From: Pseudomonadota bacterium | Lineage (GTDB): Bacteria; Desulfobacterota; Desulfobulbia; Desulfobulbales; SURF-16 | Assembly: GCA_043809085.1 (NCBI GenBank) | Contig: JAZDEG010000010.1 | Location: 11,581-75,580 of the forward strand | Length of the DNA: 64,000 nucleotides | Direction: 5' to 3' | In this document: in pieces, positions 8,309 to 15,874 of the stretch | How positions within the stretch are numbered: the stretch's first letter is position 1 | How the letters are laid out: each line of letters starts with the position of its first letter | Program-made: the position numbers and the translations under genes | The notes under the pieces: generated by a model | The model's database searches: none | The model's input: only the letters and a program-made list of their open reading frames with translations | What the model was told of the DNA's origin: nothing

Positions 8309-10136
8309 TTTCGGCCAGAGGGAGATTTATTTTGACCTCCAGCCCGTCATCGTGGCGGATAAGGGAAAAATTGCCTCCGTGGGCTTTAATGAATCGGTCG
8401 ACCAAGGTGAGTCCCATGCCGGTACCGTAGGTTTTTGTGGTGAAAAACGGCTCCGTCGCCTTGTTGAGAAAGGCGCCGTTAAGACCGCCGCCGGTATCCC
8501 TGAAAGAGACATGAACCATTTCGTCGTCAACGGTGGAGCTGATCAGTATTGCCCCCCCGGCAGGCATGGCCTCCAGTGAATTGCGGAGAATATTGAGAAA
8601 GACCCGGCGAATCTGTTTGCTGTCCATGTAGATAATGGGATCCGGTTCAGCCAGGTTCATTTCCCAGGTAATATTCTGTTTCACCAGGCTTGTCCTGAGC
8701 AGCATCACGGTCTTTTTGATCACCGGATAAAGGGGACCGAATTGTTTTTCCCCCTGGGGCTGGCTGACAAAGTCAAAAAGTTCGGTCAGGGTCGCCTCAA
8801 GCCGGTCCGTTTCCTTCACCATCACATCAAGGTATTTTTTCCACTCGTCTCCTTCAATCTTGCGGGCCAGAATGCGGGCTACCCCGCCGATGGAAGTGAT
8901 CGGATTTCTGATGATATGAACCATCTGGGCCGCCATCTGACCGAGGGCGGCATAACGCTCCGCTTCAACCAACAAATCTTTGTTTTTGTCGAGTTCGTGG
9001 GTCACCTCTTCCAGTTCGGTCAGCTTAAGCTGCATGTCATGATGGAGCCGACTCTGCTCAATGGCGAGACTTGCCTGGCTGGCAAAAAGCTCCAGGGCAC
9101 TCACATGGCCGTCAGGAATAGGCTTACGGGTGACATAATTATCCGCGATGATGACCCCGATTGGACGGCCGGGGGCAAAAAGCGGAACCACGACAAAGGA
9201 TTCTTCCTGAAGGAGATTGACCAGGTCACGGGGAACAGGGATCGATGACGTGCCTCCGGTGACCTTGAAGCTGACTCTCTCCATGGCGGACTTAATCAGG
9301 ATATGATCGGAAAGGGTTACCGGAATATGAAGTATTTTGACGATTTTGTTCACCGCATCATCGTCACGGGAGCAGGCATTGCCGAGATTGTGGACGATGT
9401 CGATGAACTGCAGGTCCTTGTCCCGCATATCCGTCCATATCTGGGCAGCCTCTTCACGACATCCGGGTCCGATGGCCATTCTTCCGGTCAGAAAGCGGTT
9501 TTCATCATCAAACAAAGCCAGAAAAGCGCGGTTGAAACGGAGACCCTCATTGGCGGTTATGCCAACGAGAATTGCGCGAAGAATTTCGTCCAGTTCGCCG
9601 GAATTAAGATAAACGGTGTTCATCTTCACGGAAAGCTGGTGGAGAAGCTGAATACGGAAATAGGCCTGTTCAAGATCGTCCTGATAACGGCGATTTTCCA
9701 GGACAAGCCGTCTTTTTTCCAGGTTCTTTTTGACCGCCACCATTATTTCATTAAACTGCACCGGCTTGGTGATGTAATCATCGGCGCCGTTGCGAATACA
9801 ATCCAGCGCGACCTGGATATCCGACTGACCGGAAAGCATGATAATGGATGTGTCGGGATAGCTGGCTGTGATTTCCGGAAGCAGCGCGGTACCGTCCACG
9901 TCCGGCAGACCGATATCAAGCAGGATGAGGGCGACGTTGGCCCGGGCGAGCAGAGTCAGCAATTCCTCGCCGCCTCCTGCGTCGGCCACGGGGAATCCCT
10001 GCTGCTCAAAGTAGAGTTTCAAGGGCTCACGGATGGAGATTTCATCATCGACGACGGCAATCACTTCGTTGCCGTGCAGCAGATGTTCAGCCGCCATTGA
10101 GATATAGGGGCGCAGCCCTGAGTTGAGTCCACTCAT
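8295..10136 (-). CDS. Signal-transduction histidine kinase with N-terminal receiver and central GAF-like domain
   Basis: 613 aa. REC domain: IAVVDDEISIREPL...LILLDIGLPDVDG. HisKA H-box: AALGQMAAQMVHIIRNPITSI. HATPase_c motifs: NILRNSLEAM, FRDTGGG, GTGMGL. No TM segments or DNA-binding output were seen. Confidence 0.8.
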   Translation of the reverse strand: MSGLNSGLRPYISMAAEHLLHGNEVIAVVDDEISIREPLKLYFEQQGFPVADAGGGEELLTLLARANVALILLDIGLPDVDGTALLPEITASYPDTSIIMLSGQSDIQVALDCIRNGADDYITKPVQFNEIMVAVKKNLEKRRLVLENRRYQDDLEQAYFRIQLLHQLSVKMNTVYLNSGELDEILRAILVGITANEGLRFNRAFLALFDDENRFLTGRMAIGPGCREEAAQIWTDMRDKDLQFIDIVHNLGNACSRDDDAVNKIVKILHIPVTLSDHILIKSAMERVSFKVTGGTSSIPVPRDLVNLLQEESFVVVPLFAPGRPIGVIIADNYVTRKPIPDGHVSALELFASQASLAIEQSRLHHDMQLKLTELEEVTHELDKNKDLLVEAERYAALGQMAAQMVHIIRNPITSIGGVARILARKIEGDEWKKYLDVMVKETDRLEATLTELFDFVSQPQGEKQFGPLYPVIKKTVMLLRTSLVKQNITWEMNLAEPDPIIYMDSKQIRRVFLNILRNSLEAMPAGGAILISSTVDDEMVHVSFRDTGGGLNGAFLNKATEPFFTTKTYGTGMGLTLVDRFIKAHGGNFSLIRHDDGLEVKINLPLAENENI

Positions 10137-10237
10137 TTTCTTGTCATGTTGTTCTGATACGATGTCGTTTTTTTACCCACGTTTATCATTACTGTTATCT
10201 ATCACTGTGCATGGATAACACCATAGCTGTCAAGGGC

Positions 10238-10280
10238 AAAAAAAATCGCATTCCCGAACCAATCGGAAATGCGATTTTTG
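10238..10280 (-). terminator. Rho-independent terminator after yedE
   Basis: A 10-bp stem (10243-10252 aaatcgcatt / 10268-10277 aatgcgattt) with an inner ccga/tcgg pairing is flanked by A- and T-runs. A second small hairpin lies at 10290-10305 directly after the stop. Confidence 0.6.
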
Positions 10281-10312
10281 ATTTTGTCAACCGGCAGTTG
10301 CCGGTAGGACAA

Positions 10313-11557
10313 TTACATTTCTACTATCAGCTTATTGGCATCCTCATTCCAGTCGACAATAAGGTACCAGGCCAGCAGAAATCCACCGATCAGAAACAGG
10401 GTTCCACCGTAACCGAACACATCCGGCAGGTAAACATAACTACCAAAAACACCGTCCGCCTCAAATTCCCTGTCAGCGAACCAGGCAGAGATGATAGAGT
10501 TGGTGATGGCGAAAATCGGCACCACGATCCACAATTTGATCTGACCTTCACCGACCCGCCACAGGGTGCCGGTACCGCAACCGCCGGCAAGCATGGCGCC
10601 GAAACCGAAAACAACGCCACCAACAACGCCGCCCCAGCCGAAGGTGCCGCGCACGTAGTTCATTGCACCAAGAACAGGGTCTCCATCCAGACGAACCGGT
10701 ACGCCGTATTTGAGCACAACAGCGCCGAGTGCGACGATGAAGATGCTCAGCGCCACGGATTTTGCCATGGTGCAGTTACCGGTCATATGGGGTTCACGGA
10801 AGCCCTGAATCATGCACCAGCGGCCCCTTTGCATGGAATATCCTAGCGCTGCGGCAATCATCAGTATACCACCCAGTGATGCCATGTAGTCGCTGTCTTC
10901 GTTGCCGGAATACATATAAGCTCCGGCAATAAGGGCAATAATGGCGACAAGCCCAAGCAAGCTGTTCAGTCCTCTGGGGAATTCGATGGTTTTAGCGCCG
11001 CCGCTGCCCCAGCTGACGTGCTCCATCTCCCAGTAAATGTATTTGAGTCCGATGATGACGCCGAAAACCAGGCCGAGCCACATGGCAAATCCGTGGGCGG
11101 AAAGATTGCCGATGGCGTTGTAGAAACCGCCGACGTTACAGCCGCCGGCCATCGCTGCTCCAACACCCATAAACACACCGGCAACCAACGCCTTGCACAT
11201 TTCCAGAACCGGAGGGATGCGAAGGGCGAAATCGTTGCCCAGGCAGGCGGATACAAATGCGCCTGCCACAAAACCGATACCGATAACGGAACCGGTATTT
11301 GAGAGAATGCCGCTGGGCGCATCTTCAAAATAGCTGAAAATCCCACTGTCCAGGCCAAGACCGCTTCCTAGCCCGAACATGATCCAGTCACCCCAGTTGC
11401 GGATCGCGCCGACCGCTCCCCAGGGACGCCACCATGCCATGATAAGAATGGAAAACAGGGCGACCATAATGCCGGTCATCGTAGCGTTCCACTCCTCCTG
11501 ACAAAGGGCCTTGTAAATCCCCTTCACTTTACTGCCGAAAATACTTTCCTCACTCAT
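10313..11557 (-). CDS. yedE: YeeE/YedE-family sulfur-compound (thiosulfate-type) transporter
   Basis: 414 aa, polytopic and Gly-rich. It carries the conserved-Cys loops AMAGGCNVGGFYNA and MLAGGCGTGTLWRVGEG typical of YeeE/YedE. It is transcribed divergently from tusA. Confidence 0.8.
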   Translation of the reverse strand: MSEESIFGSKVKGIYKALCQEEWNATMTGIMVALFSILIMAWWRPWGAVGAIRNWGDWIMFGLGSGLGLDSGIFSYFEDAPSGILSNTGSVIGIGFVAGAFVSACLGNDFALRIPPVLEMCKALVAGVFMGVGAAMAGGCNVGGFYNAIGNLSAHGFAMWLGLVFGVIIGLKYIYWEMEHVSWGSGGAKTIEFPRGLNSLLGLVAIIALIAGAYMYSGNEDSDYMASLGGILMIAAALGYSMQRGRWCMIQGFREPHMTGNCTMAKSVALSIFIVALGAVVLKYGVPVRLDGDPVLGAMNYVRGTFGWGGVVGGVVFGFGAMLAGGCGTGTLWRVGEGQIKLWIVVPIFAITNSIISAWFADREFEADGVFGSYVYLPDVFGYGGTLFLIGGFLLAWYLIVDWNEDANKLIVEM

Positions 11558-11771
11558 ACTCTCTTCTCCCTTTTTAAATTAATGCTTCCTCTCGAGACGG
11601 TTGCCGAAACCGTCTGAACCTCTCCTCAAAGGAACCCATTAATGGTTTGTCAATTTTAACATTTTCCAACCTTTACTCTTGGTAAAAAAATTTGTCAAGT
11701 AAGTTTATAGCAAGGATTTCTTTCAACAAAATGGCCCGTTGTTCCGCATGAACAGCGATTCATTTTTCGCC

Positions 11772-11827
11772 TTGACAGAATATTTCTTTCTTGTTAATTG
11801 AAATTTTGTCTTATTCAGGAAAGAAAT
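11772..11827 (+). promoter_or_regulatory. Candidate sigma70-type promoter for the tusA operon overlapped by a 9-bp inverted repeat
   Basis: TTGACA lies at 11772-11777, and 16-17 nt later comes TTAATT/TAATTG (11794-11800). A perfect inverted repeat ATTTCTTTC (11782-11790) / GAAAGAAAT (11819-11827) brackets the -10 region. This is based on sequence pattern only. Confidence 0.3.
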
Positions 11828-11925
11828 GAGGTTGATATCTCAAGGTTGCCTGGTCCGAAACGCTGGATTGCCAGGTATGTCGAAGCGCAAACGTTAAATG
11901 TTAAACCTGTTGTGAGGAGGAATCA

Positions 11926-12183
11926 ATGAGCGACGTTAAACAAGCACCGGCCGATACTAAAGCAGACCGCACACTTGATGCCAAGGGTCTGAGCTGCCCA
12001 ATGCCCCTGCTGCGTACTAAAAAGGAAATTGACAAGATCAGTTCCGGACAGATTCTGGAAGTCCTCGGCACCGACCCCGGATCACGAAACGATCTGCCTG
12101 GTTGGTGTACAAGGGCAGGACATGAGTTCGTCGGTGAAAAAGAAGAATCCGGTTACTTCCGTTTCTTTATCAAGAAAAAATAA
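11926..12183 (+). CDS. tusA: TusA-family sulfurtransferase
   Basis: 85 aa with the active-site motif GLSCPMPLLRTKKEI (CPxP). A GAGGAGG Shine-Dalgarno lies at 11914-11920. Confidence 0.9.
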   Translation: MSDVKQAPADTKADRTLDAKGLSCPMPLLRTKKEIDKISSGQILEVLGTDPGSRNDLPGWCTRAGHEFVGEKEESGYFRFFIKKK

Positions 12184-12184
12184 G

Positions 12185-12206
12185 TGATGCCCGGCATCAT
12201 TTTTTT
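12185..12206 (+). terminator. Weak intrinsic terminator/attenuator between tusA and the dsrE-like gene
   Basis: A 6-bp stem tgatgc/gcatca (12185-12190 / 12194-12199) with a 3-nt loop is followed by T7 (12200-12206). The short stem suggests only partial termination. Confidence 0.35.
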
Positions 12207-12278
12207 CTGAAGGAATCACGCGCCACTTTCAAAAAGGAAAAGAAAGCGGCGCAACATCTGATTAAATGGAGGAATCAA

Positions 12279-12596
12279 ATGGCAAAAAGTATCGGGATCT
12301 TTGTGACGTCTCCACAGAACATGAGACACATCCTTGGCGTAACGAAGGCTGCAGTCGCCAAGGGCTCCAAGGTAAAAATTTTCTTAACCTGGATTTCAAC
12401 ACATCTGACCAAATGTCCGTCATTCAAAGAATTATGCGACATGGACAATGTTGATGTTTCCATCTGCGCCGACAGCTACAAGAAAATGGGATATGATGTT
12501 GCCGATATCCCTGCCGGGCTGACTCAGGAGAAGATGGCGACCCAGGCCCAGCACGGCGCTATAGTTGAAGACTACGACTGCTATATGACCTTATAG
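12279..12596 (+). CDS. DsrE-like small sulfur-relay protein
   Basis: 105 aa. The N-terminal beta-strand SIGIFVTSP and the Cys-containing loop VSICADSYKKMGY match the DsrE/DsrF fold pattern. A GGAGGA Shine-Dalgarno precedes the ATG. Confidence 0.65.
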   Translation: MAKSIGIFVTSPQNMRHILGVTKAAVAKGSKVKIFLTWISTHLTKCPSFKELCDMDNVDVSICADSYKKMGYDVADIPAGLTQEKMATQAQHGAIVEDYDCYMTL

Positions 12597-12605
12597 GAGG
12601 CTACG

Positions 12606-12926
12606 ATGTCGAAAAAAATATGCTTTATGTATGCCAGCAGCGAATATATTGTAGATGGTTTCAGATCCGCCCTTGGTCTTGCCGTAGAAAATATGTACGC
12701 CTATGGCGTTGTAATTAACAACGTTATTCCGGAAAGTGTAATGACGGAGTATCATCGAGAGAATGTTGACTGGATTCGTGACATGGAGGGAGAGATTTAT
12801 TCGATTCCCGATGAAAACGTCGAAAAATACGGATTGGCGAAAATAACTCTTGAGGAACTTGGCCAGAAATTGAGGGAAATGGATGTCATCGTTCCCTATG
12901 GCCTCATGAGAAGCGACAAGAGCTGA
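12606..12926 (+). CDS. Conserved hypothetical, DsrE/F/H-fold-like
   Basis: 106 aa. The N-terminus KKICFMYASSEYIVDGFRSALGLAVE looks like a DsrF/DsrH type without the active-site Cys. The start is 10 nt after the previous stop and has an AGGAGG Shine-Dalgarno. Confidence 0.5.
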   Translation: MSKKICFMYASSEYIVDGFRSALGLAVENMYAYGVVINNVIPESVMTEYHRENVDWIRDMEGEIYSIPDENVEKYGLAKITLEELGQKLREMDVIVPYGLMRSDKS

Positions 12927-12963
12927 TTAAAGCGTCTAAAGATTTTACAGGGAGAATTCGAAA

Positions 12964-13137
12964 ATGAAAATCCTGCATATATACCGTTCCGAACCTAACG
13001 AAGATGTCAAAAAGCTTGTTGCGATCGTCTCTGAGGGCCGTGATAGCGAATCTTTTAATCTGAATGTTGAGTCTCCGGATTACGCCAAACTTGTCGATAT
13101 GCTTTACGGGGCAGATCAGGCAATAACCTGGTGGTAA
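12964..13137 (+). CDS. Unlisted 57-aa ORF, last gene of the tusA operon (conserved-hypothetical-like)
   Basis: My own translation is MKILHIYRSEPNEDVKKLVAIVSEGRDSESFNLNVESPDYAKLVDMLYGADQAITWW. It is below the 60-aa ORF-track threshold. A GGGAGAA Shine-Dalgarno-like element lies about 8 nt upstream. The ORF is followed 37 nt later by a strong terminator. Confidence 0.5.
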   Translation: MKILHIYRSEPNEDVKKLVAIVSEGRDSESFNLNVESPDYAKLVDMLYGADQAITWW

Positions 13138-13173
13138 GAAGTACACACTTTAGATTCATTTTCAATTACGCAT

Positions 13174-13209
13174 AAAAAAACCCGTCGGAAATTTCCGGCG
13201 GGTTTTTTT
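13174..13209. terminator. Bidirectional rho-independent terminator between the tusA operon (+) and the T2SS-like operon (-)
   Basis: A7 (13174-13180), then stem cccgtcgg/ccggcggg (13181-13188 / 13195-13202, one G:U pair), then T7 (13203-13209). Confidence 0.85.
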
Positions 13210-13233
13210 ATGCGCGGTGTGCGGCAAAGCAAA

Positions 13234-13566
13234 TCAGGCTTTGATATGCTCTTCCTCAACCATGCGATCAACAAAATTAAGCAGAAAATCTCGCTGGGCC
13301 TTGGTGGCATAACTGATACAGGAACAGTGCAGGTTGCTCTGGCTGCGCACAAGCAGCTCAATGATCATCTTCTTTTCCGCCAGTTCGATGCCGAAGAAAA
13401 AAGGCCCGCAGTCCTCATGCCCCTGCTGAGCCTCCGCCAGCAAGTCATCGGGCAGGGGCAGCCAGAACATGCCCACCATGCCCCCCTGTTTGACGGTTCT
13501 TTTCAGGTAATTGTCCAGGTTGGCATGTTCTTCCATGCTGAGTTCATCAATTACTATCTGTCGCAT
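13234..13566 (-). CDS. Hypothetical cytoplasmic protein, terminal gene of the T2SS-like operon
   Basis: 110 aa with no signal peptide or TM segment. It contains Cys53 and an HCSC motif. The start is 10 nt after the secretin stop. I recognise no family. Confidence 0.5.
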   Translation of the reverse strand: MRQIVIDELSMEEHANLDNYLKRTVKQGGMVGMFWLPLPDDLLAEAQQGHEDCGPFFFGIELAEKKMIIELLVRSQSNLHCSCISYATKAQRDFLLNFVDRMVEEEHIKA

Positions 13567-13575
13567 ATTTATCCT

Positions 13576-15873
13576 TCATTGCCAGTCAATTCGTGGGTTT
13601 GCGCTCATCGGCGCATGCAGAGTGGGGCGCAGTTTTGCCAATTTTTCCTCAAAGTCACGAACGTACTGGTCAAGCACGTCCTCGGATTCAATGACAAAGG
13701 GGGTGATGATAATGATCAGCTCCGTCTTGCGAGCCGTGTCCTTCTGGTATTTGAAGAGGTTGCCGAGAATCGGGATATCCATGAGAAATGGCACACCGCT
13801 TTGGATGGTTGAATTGTTTTTATCGATCATACCACCCATCAGGATTGACTGCCCACCTTTGACTGCCAGTTTCGTCGTCAGTTCCCGTTTGGAAATTTCA
13901 GGAGAACTGATATCGGAAGTGGTATTTGCCTGAGCCTGACTGACTGTCTGGCTCACATCAAGCAAAATGATGCCGTTGTAATTGATCTGGGGGGTGACTT
14001 CCAGAATAACACCGGTATCCATGTACTGAACCGTCTTGTCAACCTGGCTTAGAGCGGAAATGTTTTCGGTTACCGTGGTGACGATGGGCACCTGCTTACC
14101 GACGTTGACGGTCGCCGTTTCATTGTTCAGCACCAGAACCTGGGGTGAAGACAAAATGGCGAAATTGCTCTTGCTCGCCAGAGTCTGGAGAAAGCCGTCC
14201 AAATCACCGTAATCAAACGAATACGAAAACCCGCTGGGGAAAGTGTTGAAAGAGGGTTTGCCGACAGCGGCAAACTGGACGCCGAATGGCGATTTCGTGT
14301 TGGAAAGAAGCCATTCAACACCGAGTTCCAGTTCATTTTTCAGCTCTATTTCAGCAATCATCACCTCAACCAGCACCTGCCGGGGCAGATTGTCCAGGCG
14401 CTCCAGCAGTTTGACGATGCGGCTGTAATCTGCGGGCAGGGCGCGAATGAGAATGACATTGCGGTCGTCATCGGCAAAAACCACCGGTTCGCCGACAAAA
14501 CGGAGACTCGATGAAGGCTTGGACCCGCCGGATAATGAACCAGAGGTTGATTTTGTTGTTTTTTTGGTTTTTTTGGCTTTATCAGCCGATGAAGTGGGGT
14601 CAGCCTTTGATGATAAGGAATCGGTGGTCTTCTTGGTTGAGCTATCAGAGGATTTAGTAGACGGCTCTTCAGCAAGAAGTTCGTTGATCAACTCGGAAAG
14701 TTCAGATGCAACGGAATTTCTGACGTTGTAGATATAGATATTATCGCGGTCCTGGGTTTGCTCCACATCGAGTTCCCTGATCCAGTCAACGCCATTGGCA
14801 AGCTGCTGCTCGTTGTTGCTGACAAGCATCAGCGAGTTGATCCGTTCAAGGGGCACAACGGAAATGCCTTCATAATCATTCCGATTAATTTTCAGGGCAA
14901 TGAAAATCTCCGTCAACTCATCCCGCAGATCATAAACCGGCGCATTGTCCACGCGGACAATCTTGATGTGGAGGGAGGCAAGTGAGGAAATGTCGATTTT
15001 GCCGATAATACGGAGAATATCAACGACCTTACTTTCATAATCACTGATCAGCAGAGTATTCTGATCAGCCAGTTCGTCGACCGATCCCTGGGCTGACAGG
15101 TATGGTTCAACAAGTTTCACCACCTCGACGGAGGCGATATGGGAAAGGGGTATAACCTGGATGACAAACTGGGATGAATCCTTCAGATCGGCAACCCCGT
15201 CAGGACTATTAATGATCTGGGTAGCTGTTTTCCTGGCTACGTAGATATAGTCATAGTCACCCTCGTTGCGGATATCGAGGCCGTTCATATGGAGAATTTT
15301 CTTAAAAACGGGCAAAAGCTGCTCAGTTGGAATCTTTGTGCCGGAATGGATATTCACCACGCCTTTAACCTGGGGATCGATGATGTAATTAAGGTTCAGG
15401 GTCGCGGCAATTACCTGGATGACCTCATAGATGTCGGCATTGTCGAAATTCAGCATGAGGCCCTCAGCTTCTTCCGCTCCTTCTGCAGCCTTTGCCCTGC
15501 CGCTTGTGCTTTTTGGCGAGGTTTGACGAACCTGGGAGGCAATCCCCTGCAGGTCTTCCTTGCCGACTTCCACATCCCGGACTTTCGACCGGGGTGGGGG
15601 CTTGACCTGCGATTCCTCAACATCCAGCATGGTGGATTTCGTTTGATCGCGGATAACGGAATCACTTGTATTTTTGAGATCAATCTGCGGCATGTCAATC
15701 TTGGCCGGATACGTTGCGCATCCGCTGAGCAGCAATAGGAGAATGACTACGATGGCCATACCGATCCGGGAACATATAGGGTATTTCAGTGTCGAAAGCC
15801 TGTGGGCATGGGTGAAAAAGAGATTTTTGCTACTTTCCATGGGTAACCTTTTTTTGAGAGACACGTCTGTCAT
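13576..15873 (-). CDS. gspD: Type II secretion system secretin GspD, lipobox-containing
   Basis: N0/N1-type repeats (LMLNFDNADIYEVIQVIAATLNLNYIIDPQVKG...). Secretin core: ILSSPQVLVLNNETATVNVGKQVPIV...GVPFLMDIPILGNLFKYQ...ELIIIITPFVI. Lipobox: LLLLLSGC. The track starts at GTG 15894. I prefer ATG 15873, which lies 2 nt after the upstream stop. The start codon remains uncertain. Confidence 0.85.
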   Translation of the reverse strand: MTDVSLKKRLPMESSKNLFFTHAHRLSTLKYPICSRIGMAIVVILLLLLSGCATYPAKIDMPQIDLKNTSDSVIRDQTKSTMLDVEESQVKPPPRSKVRDVEVGKEDLQGIASQVRQTSPKSTSGRAKAAEGAEEAEGLMLNFDNADIYEVIQVIAATLNLNYIIDPQVKGVVNIHSGTKIPTEQLLPVFKKILHMNGLDIRNEGDYDYIYVARKTATQIINSPDGVADLKDSSQFVIQVIPLSHIASVEVVKLVEPYLSAQGSVDELADQNTLLISDYESKVVDILRIIGKIDISSLASLHIKIVRVDNAPVYDLRDELTEIFIALKINRNDYEGISVVPLERINSLMLVSNNEQQLANGVDWIRELDVEQTQDRDNIYIYNVRNSVASELSELINELLAEEPSTKSSDSSTKKTTDSLSSKADPTSSADKAKKTKKTTKSTSGSLSGGSKPSSSLRFVGEPVVFADDDRNVILIRALPADYSRIVKLLERLDNLPRQVLVEVMIAEIELKNELELGVEWLLSNTKSPFGVQFAAVGKPSFNTFPSGFSYSFDYGDLDGFLQTLASKSNFAILSSPQVLVLNNETATVNVGKQVPIVTTVTENISALSQVDKTVQYMDTGVILEVTPQINYNGIILLDVSQTVSQAQANTTSDISSPEISKRELTTKLAVKGGQSILMGGMIDKNNSTIQSGVPFLMDIPILGNLFKYQKDTARKTELIIIITPFVIESEDVLDQYVRDFEEKLAKLRPTLHAPMSANPRIDWQ

Positions 15874-15874
15874 A

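Noticed and set aside
9303-10100. 265-aa plus-strand ORF (similar cases at 19333-20124, 43484-44389, 48831-49181, 50322-51008, 51386-52165, 5108-5686 and 63438-63875)
   Set aside because: All are fully embedded antisense in CDSs with strong domain evidence. They lack Shine-Dalgarno sequences and recognisable motifs, so I treat them as non-coding shadow frames.
11826-11897. Possible 23-codon upstream ORF (MRLISQGCLVRNAGLPGMSKRKR) in the tusA leader
   Set aside because: It has only a weak purine stretch placed too close to the ATG. There is no evidence of conservation, and no obvious attenuation structure is coupled to it. I note it but do not call it.
4827-13137. Search for selenocysteine recoding (in-frame TGA splitting adjacent ORFs) in the thiol/sulfur-related genes (small Cys protein, tlpA-like, yedE, tusA, dsrE-like)
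   Set aside because: All of these ORFs are continuous with ordinary Cys codons at the active sites. No pair of adjacent same-frame ORFs is separated by a single TGA.
14559-14574. Two T7 (coding-strand A7) homopolymer tracts inside the secretin gene, considered as possible slipped-strand phase-variation sites
   Set aside because: The tracts are short and simply encode the Lys-rich low-complexity linker (KKTKKT). There is no sign of a frameshifted alternative ORF or of other contingency-locus features.
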